Source of the DNA: an uncultured Alphaproteobacteria bacterium
Lineage (GTDB): Bacteria; Pseudomonadota; Alphaproteobacteria; Rhizobiales; Beijerinckiaceae
Length of the DNA stretch: 64,000 nucleotides
NCBI GenBank assembly: GCA_963832175.1
Contig: CAWHTC010000003.1
Span: 886,080-950,079, forward strand
Direction of reading: 5' to 3'
The translations under genes were made by a program, and so were the position numbers. The notes beneath the pieces were generated by a model, which worked only from the letters and a program-made list of their open reading frames with translations, did no database searches and had not been told where the DNA came from. Of this stretch, positions 52,785 through 63,125 are shown piece by piece (positions within the stretch are counted from its first letter, which is position 1; every line of letters starts with the position of its first letter).

Positions 52785-53488
52785 GTGGATGTCTCTAGGC
52801 CGATGAACCTATTCCCAATCACGACGGGAATAGCCAGTGCATGGGCAGTGCCCTCCGATACGGATTCGGTCTCAGCCCGTCCACACCCTTTATCCGCGCT
52901 AGCTTGCCTCGCCATGGCCGAGGATACGACATTGGCGGGCTCCTTTCCAGCCATTTTGACAAGAAGCCAGCTCTCGCCTTCGATGAGGGTTTATCAATAG
53001 GTGAAATGTCCAAGCCGCGCACGTCCTTGGTCAAAAAGGCGATGGTTCAAAAACAGGGCTTTCATGAATAGAATCGGTCATGACCGCCTTTTCGAGCTGC
53101 GCCCGCGCCCCGCTGCGCGGCGGCGGTTGCATAGGAGCTCTGGACCTTTGCGGCGGGGTTGGCCACTGTTGCTCGCTCATTTCGATATCGATCCCACCGC
53201 GTCGAAGGTGGCGTTCGTGACAGTGTGGTTCGGACTGGGGTGAAAAAGATTGGCGTGTTGTTTTTACCAATGACGCCGGAAGGCAAAGCCTCGCCGAGAA
53301 GCCTTCCAATCAAATCATTGACCTCGCCGCATGATGCGGTAATATCGTCACGCTGGAGATCGCGCCAAACTCAATTCCAACACAAATCGCGACGGCACCT
53401 TCGTTCCCCGGCGTTCCCCGCCCAACCCAGTAGCCATGACGCCCAGTGCCTTGATTAAATTTCCCCGTTCACGGGTAAACTCCTCAGT

Positions 53489-53521
53489 GCACCTCGGCTC
53501 TCGTCGGGAGAGCCGAGGTGC
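53489..53521. terminator. 14-bp stem hairpin downstream of the 53685-54131 gene
   Basis: GCACCTCGGCTCTC-GTCGG-GAGAGCCGAGGTGC. Confidence 0.45.
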
Positions 53522-53684
53522 TGTACTGAACCAGTATCGTTGATAATGCGACTAACTCAATATTGATTTCGCATTACAAGCACTCAAGCTTTGGCCGAAC
53601 GCCTTCGGTATCAAGGCCGTTTTCTTGCCGATTACATACCGGCAACGTTCGATCCGATCCGATACTATCTGCTACGCCGTAAAC

Positions 53685-54131
53685 TCATTCGCGATCATGC
53701 GCACAAAAGTATTCACGGACATCGTTCTTGTTACAGGTACCCTCAAAATTCGTCCGGTCCGGGTCACCATCAAATGTAATGTCCCTATTGCCACACAAAG
53801 CATTGTCGTCAGCAGAGAGATCGGGGCCGATCCATTTACCGTTTGGATTGAACAAGCCCTCTGAGGCAGTATTAAAGGAGAGATAACGCAAGTCGCCATA
53901 AGAGGCCACATAGGCACGCTGATTGCGACAAAACACCATTGCATTCTCAAAGGTGGTGGCGGCCTGAGCAGGGGTAATGCAAAGTCGTGTGCTTATCGCA
54001 CTAAATCCAACCCGACAATTAGCGGTCGGAAATCCTCCAGCGAACGCGGGGGTTGGAATGACCGTTGATGCTAGGACGGCAGATATGCCAATGCCTAGTA
54101 ACGCCGCTGAACGAGTAAATTGTCTATTCAT
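53685..54131 (-). CDS. Secreted Cys-containing protein, possible C-type-lectin-like fold
   Basis: Signal peptide AFA/G; FENAMVFCRNQRAYVASY.DL...WIG...C...REYFC pattern. Confidence 0.6.
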   Translation of the reverse strand: MNRQFTRSAALLGIGISAVLASTVIPTPAFAGGFPTANCRVGFSAISTRLCITPAQAATTFENAMVFCRNQRAYVASYGDLRYLSFNTASEGLFNPNGKWIGPDLSADDNALCGNRDITFDGDPDRTNFEGTCNKNDVREYFCAHDRE

Positions 54132-54300
54132 GAGTCTCTCCTAAGTTCAAGGTTCGGTTCAACAAGTCGTGACGATTATCGAGAACCAAAGTGACCGAAC
54201 GACTGAAATCCAGCCACAACATCCGTTCCCCCGCGACCCCTGATCAGGGGTTGCGGTGGCTGCTATTGTTTCGGAATATGCGGCAACGCCGGAGGGACCG

Positions 54301-54380
54301 ATGGGGGCGGTCGAGCCTCTCAAAACTTTGTGCTGCCTCGGGCTCAAGCCCGAGAGCGCGATGATGTGCGAAGTCACGCT
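54301..54380 (+). pseudogene. 5' fragment of a GAF-LuxR regulator paralog
   Basis: MGAVEPLKTLCCLGLKPESAM matches N-termini at 54683 and 57757. Confidence 0.75.
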
Positions 54381-54682
54381 CGGCGCCTTGAATGGCGCCG
54401 CCTTCGGCGCGATCACGGAAATCGTCGTCGGCCTCTGGGTTCGGGTTAGCGGGGCATCGGCGCAATGATCGCGCTCGCGATGCTGACGAACCTCGGCGCC
54501 GATGCGCTTAGCGGTATCTTGATCCCGCAATTGTTGGCGCTTTAGGACATAGACCGGCGGTATCGGTTGCCTGACAGGCATTGCCCAGATTAGCGCCGGA
54601 TCCGGTCTGCTGCGACCCCTGTTCAGGGGTCGACTTTGCTGGTATCGTTTGAAAAATTGCGATGCGCGTTGGGGAAGCGACC

Positions 54683-55837
54683 ATGGGGATCGTCGAGCAT
54701 CTCAAAACCTTGTGCTGCCTCGGGCTCAAGCCCGAGAGCGCGATGGTCGCTGTCACGCCCCTGCTGCACGAGATCATTCCGCATGGCTGGACCGCCATTT
54801 CTCTCGTGGAGCCCGATGCCTCGGTGGGCAGTACCTATATCGAACACCCGGGAGCCGGGCCGCTCCTTCGCGAGCATTGGTGGCGCTTCATGGATGACTC
54901 ATCGTCCCCGGTTTCTCTATGGGTGCCTGCGTTCCGCGCGGTGGCCATCGGTTGGACTTTGCACCGGCAAGGCGGCGGTTACCTGGAAAGCCGCTATTAT
55001 CGGGAAATAGCGGCGCCGCTCGATTACTGCTGGATGTTGGGCGCCTTCATCGGCGACGGCGGCCGATCTATTGCATATGTCGCCCTAAAGCGTCCGCGCA
55101 GCGCCCGCCCTTTTACGGTGGACGACCTTCAGCGCCTCGACCAGCTCCGGCCCTGGCTCGCGCACGCCTTTCGGCGATCTCCGTCCGGCGATGCGCGCCA
55201 GGAGGATGAGGCTCCAATAAGCACGGCAGGACTAACGGTGCTGAGCGGCCAGATAATCGCGACCCCCGACGCGAGGCTCCTCCATCAGACCACCGGCATC
55301 GAACAGCTGCTCAGAATTCTCGCGGGAGAGCCGGGCAATTATACGTGCTACGTGCCCCTCCGCGACGGCCTGCCCGCGCCGGTACTAAAACTTCTCCAAC
55401 AGATTACCAACGCCGCGAACGGCATTTCCAACACGCCACCTCGCAAGCAGGTTTCGACCGCCTACGGCGTCCTCGCGCTCGAAGCAAAATGGCTCGTGCC
55501 GGCGGGCACAATCCCGGAAGACGCCGCCAGGGATCCGAAATCCTGTCTCATAGCGGTAACAATCGAACTCCACGAACACGCTATCGCCTATGCCGCCCGC
55601 GTCTTGCGTAAATGCGGCGCGACGCCGGCGCAGACAAAAGTCGGCATTCACCTTGCCCTCGGCAAGACGAGGCCGGTGATCGCGGTTGAATTCGGCGTCC
55701 AACTCTCCTCTGTTATGGCTACTACGAAAAAGCTGTATCAGACTCTGGATGTTCACAATTCCGCCGAGCTAGCCACAAGAATCTGGCTGGACCAAAGGCA
55801 AGACGAGCCGCGCCAAAGTTTGCGGCGCGCGGGATAG
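54683..55837 (+). CDS. GAF-like plus LuxR-type HTH transcriptional regulator (paralog 1)
   Basis: C-terminal ATPAQTKVGIHLALGKTRPVIAVEFGVQLSSV...KKLYQTLDVHNSAEL resembles LuxR HTH; N-terminal RPFTVDDLQRLDQLRPWLAHAF GAF-like end. Confidence 0.75.
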   Translation: MGIVEHLKTLCCLGLKPESAMVAVTPLLHEIIPHGWTAISLVEPDASVGSTYIEHPGAGPLLREHWWRFMDDSSSPVSLWVPAFRAVAIGWTLHRQGGGYLESRYYREIAAPLDYCWMLGAFIGDGGRSIAYVALKRPRSARPFTVDDLQRLDQLRPWLAHAFRRSPSGDARQEDEAPISTAGLTVLSGQIIATPDARLLHQTTGIEQLLRILAGEPGNYTCYVPLRDGLPAPVLKLLQQITNAANGISNTPPRKQVSTAYGVLALEAKWLVPAGTIPEDAARDPKSCLIAVTIELHEHAIAYAARVLRKCGATPAQTKVGIHLALGKTRPVIAVEFGVQLSSVMATTKKLYQTLDVHNSAELATRIWLDQRQDEPRQSLRRAG

Positions 55838-55873
55838 ACCGCTGTCCTAACTTTTTTATCTCAATCGCTTGTC

Positions 55874-56377
55874 ATGAAACGTCGGGAACTTAGTAACGTG
55901 GCTCGGCATTCTTCACAAATTGTGGGATTGTGCCTGCGGGTTCGATCCGATGTTGATTTCGCGGGCCTTGCCGATGTTTGGGTGGCGAGCTGGCGGGAGG
56001 CCATGCCGGACATCGATTTTGCGGCGCGGCGGCCGTGGTTTCTCGACCACCTGCGGGCCCTGGAGGCAGATGGTGCGATCACGATCTGCGCTTTTGATGG
56101 CTTAAACCGGCTCCTCGGCTTCGTGACCTTCGATCCGGCGAGGGCCTATCTCGATCAGCTCGCCGTCGCGCCTAAGGCAAAAGGAACCGGCGTAGCAAAG
56201 CTCCTCCTTAACGAGGCACGCCGGCTTTCGCCGAACGGTCTCGTTCTCGATGTTAATCAAGACAATGCCCGCGCGCTTGCGTTTTACGAGCGCGAAGGAT
56301 TTGCCAAGACGGCGGAAGGCGTGAACCCGCTCTCCGGTTTAAAAACGCAGCGGCTGCGCTGGCCGGGAAACGCTTAA
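55874..56377 (+). CDS. GNAT acetyltransferase
   Basis: LDQLAVAPKAKGTGVAKLLL, VNQDNARALAFYEREGF. Confidence 0.9.
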   Translation: MKRRELSNVARHSSQIVGLCLRVRSDVDFAGLADVWVASWREAMPDIDFAARRPWFLDHLRALEADGAITICAFDGLNRLLGFVTFDPARAYLDQLAVAPKAKGTGVAKLLLNEARRLSPNGLVLDVNQDNARALAFYEREGFAKTAEGVNPLSGLKTQRLRWPGNA

Positions 56378-56378
56378 G

Positions 56379-56642
56379 TCATTTTCTGGGACACGTCATC
56401 GGGATAGTGGCGGTGATCATTTTCGCCGGCGGCGGAACAATCGTTTGATACGTCCGGCACCACTTATTCTCGTCAACCAAAGACCTAGTGAGCAAAGCGA
56501 TTGCAAAGGTGGCGGCTATACCGAGGGCCACTCCATTGCATACGTCGAGTCCTTTCCAGTAGTATTCCATCGCTAAGCTTATCGTTAAGAGAGCTAAACC
56601 CTTGAGGTCATAAATTCCCTTGCCTTCTACAGTATATTTCAT
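56379..56642 (-). CDS. Small AT-rich membrane protein (2 TM)
   Basis: RBS GGAG; two hydrophobic stretches. Confidence 0.55.
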   Translation of the reverse strand: MKYTVEGKGIYDLKGLALLTISLAMEYYWKGLDVCNGVALGIAATFAIALLTRSLVDENKWCRTYQTIVPPPAKMITATIPMTCPRK

Positions 56643-56660
56643 TGAAATCTCCTAAATATT

Positions 56661-56795
56661 TCATTTATCCACATTTTTGAGGACAGTTTGCTTCACCAGT
56701 CCGCCTATAAACTGCCAGAACAAAAGGCCGGACAGTACCCATATTCTGATCCAAAATGACACCACTCCCCATGTTTCTTCCATTGGCGTATTCAT
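56661..56795 (-). CDS. 44-aa membrane peptide (not in the ORF track)
   Basis: RBS GGAG then MNTPMEETWGVVSFWIRIWVLSGLLFWQFIGGLVKQTVLKNVDK*. Confidence 0.5.
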   Translation of the reverse strand: MNTPMEETWGVVSFWIRIWVLSGLLFWQFIGGLVKQTVLKNVDK

Positions 56796-56934
56796 AACGG
56801 TCTCCTTGCCGCCCTGGCCAGGCGGTCTGGCAACGGGAAATTTGTTAGGTGCTAAACGCCAAGATCTTAGACGAATAAGTTCATCTCCCGCGCCCCCCGT
56901 TCAGGGGATGAGTTCGCGGTTATCGTCCGAAAAT

Positions 56935-57000
56935 ATCGCGTTCGAGCATTTCAAGGTCCTGTGCTGTCTCGGTCTTGGGCCCGAGAGCCCGATGACCGTG
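56935..57000 (+). pseudogene. Degenerate 5' fragment of a GAF-LuxR regulator
   Basis: FEHFKVLCCLGLGPESPM. Confidence 0.65.
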
Positions 57001-57756
57001 CCGCGCGAGATTCTGTCGCGGACAAATACGCTTGAATATTATGGTTGTTGCTTAAGCGGTCCTCGGGCCCCACAAATTTGAAAATAATATGTCCGTCATC
57101 ATCACGATAACGCATGACGAGAACCCAGTAGCCCCGATATGGCCATGCCTCGCAATCATGGGCTGGGTCGAGATCGGATAATTTCTTTGCCGCCGCAAAG
57201 GCTGCGTCGCGGGATCTAAACCGGGATCTTAATATCGTGATCATGATCTTCTCTCGTAACCTCACATCTGGTCGTTCCGGGCTCCGCCAGCCCAGCAATC
57301 GCGCTGAACTGGAAACAAGCCCCCGTTGCCAGCCCTGGAGACCGGCTGACAACGGGGAAAAATCGTTTCATGCTCTAAATGCCAATATTTTAAGTGGTTC
57401 AATTCGTTCCCGCGCCCCCTATTCAGGGGGTGCCGTCGCGGATATTGGCGCCGTCATCGCGCTCGCGCTGTTGACAAACCTCCGGCTTTGCGGCTCCGCG
57501 TTCCAGGCTGTCGCTCGGGCGGAAGAACACGACAAATGACCTTTTTCGTTAGCCATGATTTCTCATCTCTTTTTTTAATAAAGATGAGATGAACCGCTGT
57601 CCCATTACGATCACCGCTAGTCCGATTTAGAACAAACGTCCGATGCGGAGCGACAACAATGCTGCGATAGTTAGCAATTCGATCATGCATGCCGCTAGCC
57701 CCGCGCCTCCTGATCATGGCCTCGCGGGCAGCGGCGACGCCGGAGAAGGGATTCCG

Positions 57757-59040
57757 ATGGGAGCGGTCGAGCATCTCAAAACCCTGTGCTGCCTTGGGCT
57801 GCCACCCGAGAGCGCGATGATCGCGGTCTCACCCGTGCTGCACGAGATCCTGCCGTATGGGTGGTCCCGTATGGTTCTCTTGAAGCCCGATGCCACCATC
57901 GGTAGCTCCTATTCCGAAAACCCGGCGGCGGCGGCGATTTTCCGTGAGCGTATGTGGCGGTGGTTCATTGATGATCCATCGAGCCCGATGTCCCTTTGGA
58001 CGCCTGGCTTCCATGCGCTTTCAATCGGCTGGCTTTTGCATTTGCAAGGCCGGGGCTGGCTGGAGAACGGCTGGTACCGGGAAATAGAGGCTCCACTCAA
58101 TTCCTGCTGGCTCCTCGACGCGATGATCGGCGACGCCGGCCGGACTTCTGCTTTCGCACACTTAATGCTGACACGTCCGCGCGGCGGCCGCCCCTTCGCC
58201 GTGGACGATATGCAGCGTCTCGACCGGCTGCGTCCCTGGCTCGCGCATGCGTTTCGTCCGCGAGCGTCCAGTGACGCGCCATCGGAGGATGATGAGCTAG
58301 CGGGCTTGGCAGGAGCGCCGGTGCGGAGCGGTCAGATAATCTTGACGTCTGACGCAAAAGTCGTCTTTCAAACTGCCGGCCTCGAACAGCTGCTCAGAAT
58401 TCTCGCGGGAGAGCCAGGCAATTACACGCGCTACGTGCCAGTCCATGACCGGCTGCCCGCGCCGATTCTGAAGCTTCTGCGGCAGGTCACTGGCGCCGCG
58501 AACGGAACTTCCAATACGCCGCCTCGCATGAAGGTTTCGACCGCCTATGGCGTTCTCACGCTCGAAGCGAAATGGCTCGTGCCCACGGGCACAATCCCGG
58601 AAGATGCCGCCAGGAATCCGAAATCCTGTCTCATAGCGGTGACGATTGAACTCCACGAACACGTGATCGCCTATGCCGCCCGCGTGCTGCGCGAAAGCGG
58701 CGCGACGCCGGCGCAGACGAAAGTCGGAATTCACCTTGCCCTTGGCAAGACGAGGCCGGAGATTGCGGATGAACTCGGCCTCCAACTCTGCTCGGTCGCG
58801 GATCATTCCAAAAAGCTCTATCAGGCTCTCGATGTTCACAATTCCACCGAGCTCGGCGCGAAAATCTGGCTGAACCCACATCGAGACGAGGTGCGTCAAG
58901 GAGTTTTTCCGGCGCCGTTCTCAAGAACGGGATTTGTTCGAGACAAGTCGCCCTATCCCTCTTATGCCATCGCCGGCAAGCGCCCGGATGAACAAGCGGC
59001 GGCGATGGAACGGGATGCGCGGCGCGGCGACGCCGGTTAG
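57757..59040 (+). CDS. GAF-like plus LuxR-type HTH regulator (paralog 2, extended C-terminus)
   Basis: Colinear and highly similar to 54683-55837. Confidence 0.75.
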   Translation: MGAVEHLKTLCCLGLPPESAMIAVSPVLHEILPYGWSRMVLLKPDATIGSSYSENPAAAAIFRERMWRWFIDDPSSPMSLWTPGFHALSIGWLLHLQGRGWLENGWYREIEAPLNSCWLLDAMIGDAGRTSAFAHLMLTRPRGGRPFAVDDMQRLDRLRPWLAHAFRPRASSDAPSEDDELAGLAGAPVRSGQIILTSDAKVVFQTAGLEQLLRILAGEPGNYTRYVPVHDRLPAPILKLLRQVTGAANGTSNTPPRMKVSTAYGVLTLEAKWLVPTGTIPEDAARNPKSCLIAVTIELHEHVIAYAARVLRESGATPAQTKVGIHLALGKTRPEIADELGLQLCSVADHSKKLYQALDVHNSTELGAKIWLNPHRDEVRQGVFPAPFSRTGFVRDKSPYPSYAIAGKRPDEQAAAMERDARRGDAG

Positions 59041-59233
59041 CGGGGCCGCGTCCAAAACGCCCAGTGGCAATGGCGTAGCTTAACTCGCGGAGCGGCTGAC
59101 ACCCTTGGTCAATTTCGAATTGAACGGGAATTCCTCTCGGCCGGGAAAAGCTCTAGAAACGGGAAACGAGAATCACGGGCTGCGGGCGAAACGCGTTTCG
59201 TTCCGCTCAAGCCCGGCGCTTTTTGGGAGCCCG

Positions 59234-61669
59234 ATGAAATTCACCCTCTCCTGGCTTAAGGATCACATCGAGACCGATGCCCCTCTCGACCAGATCGTAG
59301 CGACGTTGACCAAAATCGGCCTCGAGGTCGAGCATGTCGATGACAAGGCTCTAGCGCTCAAGGATTTCGTCATCGCCCACGTCGTCGAGGCGAAGCCGCA
59401 CCCCAATGCCGGCCGCCTCCGGGTTTGTCTCGTCGACGCCGGGGGCGCCGCCCTGGTGCAGGTCGTCTGCGGCGCGCCCAACGCGAGGGCCGGCATGAAG
59501 GCGGTATTTGCCGCGCCAGGGGCTTATATTCCGGGCAAGAAGATCACGCTCGGCAAGGGCGTTATCCGCGGCGTCGAATCGAACGGCATGCTTTGTTCGG
59601 GCGCCGAACTCGAAATGTCCGATGATCATGACGGCATTCTCGAGCTGCCGGACGCGGCTCCCGTCGGCGCGGCCTACGCGCAATGGGCATCGCTCGACGA
59701 CCCGCTCATCGAGATCGATCTCTTGCCCAACCGCCCCGATGCCGCGGGTATCAACGGAATTGCCCGCGACCTCGCGGCGGCGGGTCTCGGCAAACTGAAG
59801 CGCGAAGCCGTGGCGCCGGTCGAGAACGGGTTTTCTTGTCCGGTCGCGGTCCGGCTCGATTTCGCGCCAAACGACGCGCATTTCGCGCCCGCCTTCGCGC
59901 TGCGCCTCGTGAAAGGCGTCCGCAATGGGCAAAGTCCCGATTGGATGCAGAGGCGGCTCAAGGCGATCGGGCTGCGGCCGATCAATGCGCTCGTCGATAT
60001 CACCAATTATCTCACCTTCGACCGTGCCCGCCCGTTGCACGTCTTCGACGCAAAAAAAGTCAAGGGCAATCTCACTGTGCGCCGCGCCAAGCCGGGCGAG
60101 GAACTCACCGCGCTCGACGGCCGGACCTATAGGCTCGACGCGGACAACGTGGTTGTCGCCGATGACGCGGGCGTCGAATCGCTCGCCGGAATCATGGGCG
60201 GCCAAGCCTCGGGCTGCGACGCGGCGACGACGGACGTGCTGATCGAATCGGCGCTTTGGGATCCCGCGAATATCGCACGCAGCGGACGCAGGCTCGGCAT
60301 TCATTCGGACGCGCGCTACCGGTTTGAACGAGGCGTCGATCCGGCATTCTGCCTTCCTGGGCTTGACCTTGCGACGAGGCTGGTGGTCGAACTGTGCGGC
60401 GGGGCTGTCTCGCAAATCACCCTTGCCGGGCGGATTCCGCGCCCCGGCCAGCGCATCATGTTTCCGTGGAGCGAGGTGAAGCGGCTGACCGGGCTCGAAC
60501 TCGACAGTTCGGAAATGGCCGGCATTCTCGAGCGCCTTGGGTTCGAGCTCGCCAATTTTGCCGGCACCGCCGGCGAGGTGGCCGTGAAGGTGCCCTCGTT
60601 CCGGCCCAACATCGACGGCAAGGCCGATCTCGTCGAGGAAATCGTGCGGATCGCGGGGCTCGATCGCGTTCCGGCAGTCCAAATGCCCCGCGCGTACAGC
60701 CAACATGTCGCGGGACCCGTTCTGACGCCGCTGCAAAAGCGGGTGAGGAGCGCCAGACGGGCGCTTGCCGCCAACGGCCTCGTCGAAGCGGTGACTTGGT
60801 CCTTCGTTTCGCGCCAGCGCGCGTTGATGTTTGGCGGCGGCGCTTCTTCTCTCGCGCTCGCCAATCCGATTGCCCCGGAGCTTTCGGACATGCGGCCGAG
60901 TCTGCTGCCGGGACTGATTGCGGCGGCGCAACGCAACGCCGACCGTGGCCATGGCGATGTCGCGCTTTTCGAGGTCGGACAAATTTTCTTGAGCGACGAC
61001 GCAGAAGGTCAGAAGGTCGCGGCCAGCGCGATCCGGCGCGGCATGGCGAAAGAAAAAGGAACCGGGAGGCATTGGTCGATGCCGTCCGCCGGGGTCGATG
61101 TCTTCGATGCCAAGGCCGACGCTTTCGCCCTTCTTTCGGCGCTCGGTGTGCCGCCTCGCGGTTTGCAGACCATTTCCGGCGGACCGGCATGGTTCCACCC
61201 TGGCCGATCGGCGACACTCCAATTGGGGCCAAAAAATGTCATTGGCGCGTTTGGCGAGATCCATCCGCGCAACCTCGAAGTCCTTGGCGCCGAGGGGCCG
61301 GTCGCCGGTTTCGAGTTGCTCCTCAATGACATACCGGCGCCGAAATTGCGGTCCACAAAGACCAGACCGAAGCTCGAACTTTCGGAGTTCATGCCCGTGC
61401 AACGCGACTTTGCCTTCCTGGTCGATCGAACCGTGAAGGCGGCCGACATCGTGAAGGCGGCCGCGTCGGCCGAACGCGCGCTCGTCGCGGACGCCGGCGT
61501 TTTCGATGTCTATGAAGGCAAGGGCATACCCGAAGGGAAGAAATCGGTCGCCATATCCGTCACCTTGCAACCGCGCGAAAAAACCCTGACCGAGGCCGAG
61601 ATCGACGCCGCGGCCGGCAAGATCGTCGCCGAGGTCACGAAGAAAACCGGCGCGAACCTAAGAGGATAA
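59234..61669 (+). CDS. pheT: Phenylalanyl-tRNA synthetase beta subunit
   Basis: [43 protein letters not shown]-terminal LRG. Confidence 0.97.
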   Translation: MKFTLSWLKDHIETDAPLDQIVATLTKIGLEVEHVDDKALALKDFVIAHVVEAKPHPNAGRLRVCLVDAGGAALVQVVCGAPNARAGMKAVFAAPGAYIPGKKITLGKGVIRGVESNGMLCSGAELEMSDDHDGILELPDAAPVGAAYAQWASLDDPLIEIDLLPNRPDAAGINGIARDLAAAGLGKLKREAVAPVENGFSCPVAVRLDFAPNDAHFAPAFALRLVKGVRNGQSPDWMQRRLKAIGLRPINALVDITNYLTFDRARPLHVFDAKKVKGNLTVRRAKPGEELTALDGRTYRLDADNVVVADDAGVESLAGIMGGQASGCDAATTDVLIESALWDPANIARSGRRLGIHSDARYRFERGVDPAFCLPGLDLATRLVVELCGGAVSQITLAGRIPRPGQRIMFPWSEVKRLTGLELDSSEMAGILERLGFELANFAGTAGEVAVKVPSFRPNIDGKADLVEEIVRIAGLDRVPAVQMPRAYSQHVAGPVLTPLQKRVRSARRALAANGLVEAVTWSFVSRQRALMFGGGASSLALANPIAPELSDMRPSLLPGLIAAAQRNADRGHGDVALFEVGQIFLSDDAEGQKVAASAIRRGMAKEKGTGRHWSMPSAGVDVFDAKADAFALLSALGVPPRGLQTISGGPAWFHPGRSATLQLGPKNVIGAFGEIHPRNLEVLGAEGPVAGFELLLNDIPAPKLRSTKTRPKLELSEFMPVQRDFAFLVDRTVKAADIVKAAASAERALVADAGVFDVYEGKGIPEGKKSVAISVTLQPREKTLTEAEIDAAAGKIVAEVTKKTGANLRG

Positions 61670-61673
61670 CCCC

Positions 61674-62081
61674 ATGCGATCCATTTTGACCGCCGTTTTC
61701 GTAGCCGCGCTGGTCGCGGTCCCCGCTCAATCGAAAGCCGCGCAGCGCAGCATCGACGACTGCGAAAAAATTCTGGCGGCGGACGCCTACAATCAGTGCC
61801 TTGCCTTGTTCGGTCCCCTCGCCCGCGGCCATGGCACCGCCGGAGACGGCGTGGACACGGCTAGGCAGGCCGCTGCGGCAACAACCGGAAACGCAAATTC
61901 CGGGGCGGCCACGGCGGGGGATTCGCGGCGCGGCCGTCATTACGCAAGCAAGCATGGTTGGACGCGACACAGCTGGGCGAGGCATGGCCATCGGCGCAGA
62001 ACCGGAGCCGCCGGACATCGGCACGGCAGAACCACAAGCATGGCGTTCAGCGTGGTTTCGGGGCACGCGCGGCTGCCCTAG
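61674..62081 (+). CDS. Hypothetical secreted protein
   Basis: Signal peptide; DCEKILAADAYNQCLALFGP; His/Arg-rich tail. Confidence 0.6.
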   Translation: MRSILTAVFVAALVAVPAQSKAAQRSIDDCEKILAADAYNQCLALFGPLARGHGTAGDGVDTARQAAAATTGNANSGAATAGDSRRGRHYASKHGWTRHSWARHGHRRRTGAAGHRHGRTTSMAFSVVSGHARLP

Positions 62082-62082
62082 A

Positions 62083-63123
62083 TGTAATGTCTCAACAGGT
62101 TGTTCACGGGGAGAATCTGAGGTTTGTGGGGTTTGCGAAGCACCACAGGCTCAGGAGACCCACCCGTGAACATTCATAAGAATGCCAGGACGACGCCGAA
62201 CATGCGAGCCTTGATTGTCGGGCGCCGCCAAGCGGGCGAAACGCCGCGCTCCATAGCCGGCGCTGTAGGCGTTTCGGCCGCGACCGTGAGGAAATGGCTC
62301 CGGCGCCACGAAAGCGAAGGCGCCGCTGGCCTCCAAGACCGGACCAGCCGGCCGCATCGCCTGCGGACACGGATCACATCACATCAGATCGCCCAGGTCG
62401 AAACCCTGCGCCGGGCCCGTCAGCCCTTCTGGAAGATCGCCCGCGCGACCGGGCTGTCGCGCGCGACGGTGGCCCGCATCGCAAAGGCCAAGGGGCTGAG
62501 CCGCCTGTCCGCCCTCGATCAAAGGATCGCGATCATCCGCTATGAAAAGAAGCAGCCGGGCGAGATGATCCATATCGACATCAAGAAGCTCGGCCGCATC
62601 GAAGGGATCGGACATCGCATCACGGGAGACCGGACCGGACAGAGCGCGCCACGCAGCCGCAAGGAAGGCGGCAAGGGCTGGGAATATCTCCATCTGGCCG
62701 TCGACGATCACTCCCGGCTGGCCTATTCTGAAATCCTGCCGGACGAAACACGGCGCTCCTGCCTGAAATTCCTCTTGCAAGCCTTGCGCTTCTTTCGCGA
62801 TCACGGCGTCAGGGTCCTTCGCGTCATGACCAACAACGGCGCCAGCTTCCGTTCGCGCCGCTACACAAAGGCGTTGCGAATGCTGAAAATCAAGCATAAG
62901 CGCACCAGACCCTATACGCCAAGAACAAACGGAAAGGCCGAACGCTTCGTGCAGACCTCCTTGCGGGAATGGGCCTATGCCAAACCCTACAACCATTCAT
63001 CCGAACGGGCCGCCGCACTGTTGCCTTTCCTCCACCATTACAATCATCATCGGCCTCACTTCGGCATCAACGGATGCTCACCTATCTCAAGGATCCCAAG
63101 AAACAACCTATCGAGACACGACA
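62083..63123 (+). mobile_element. IS481-family element (transposase 62166-63128) with 6-bp target duplication CCTAGA
   Basis: IRs TGTAATGTCTCAACAGGTTGTT / AACAACCTATCGAGACACGACA; CCTAGA at 62077-62082 and 63124-63129; HIDIKKLG, VDDHSR, TNGKAERF. Confidence 0.93.
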
Positions 63124-63125
63124 CC

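Noticed and set aside
52841-53071. Possible pheS remnant upstream of the island
   Set aside because: No convincing PheS motifs in any frame
53230-53310. GGCAAAGCC resembling a c-di-GMP-I riboswitch
   Set aside because: The first GGCAAA/GAAA stem and downstream pairing are not found; a single short motif is insufficient
53520-53580. Possible integron attC sites around the cassette-like genes
   Set aside because: No proper RYYYAAC...GTTRRRY pairs with complementary L boxes, and no intI
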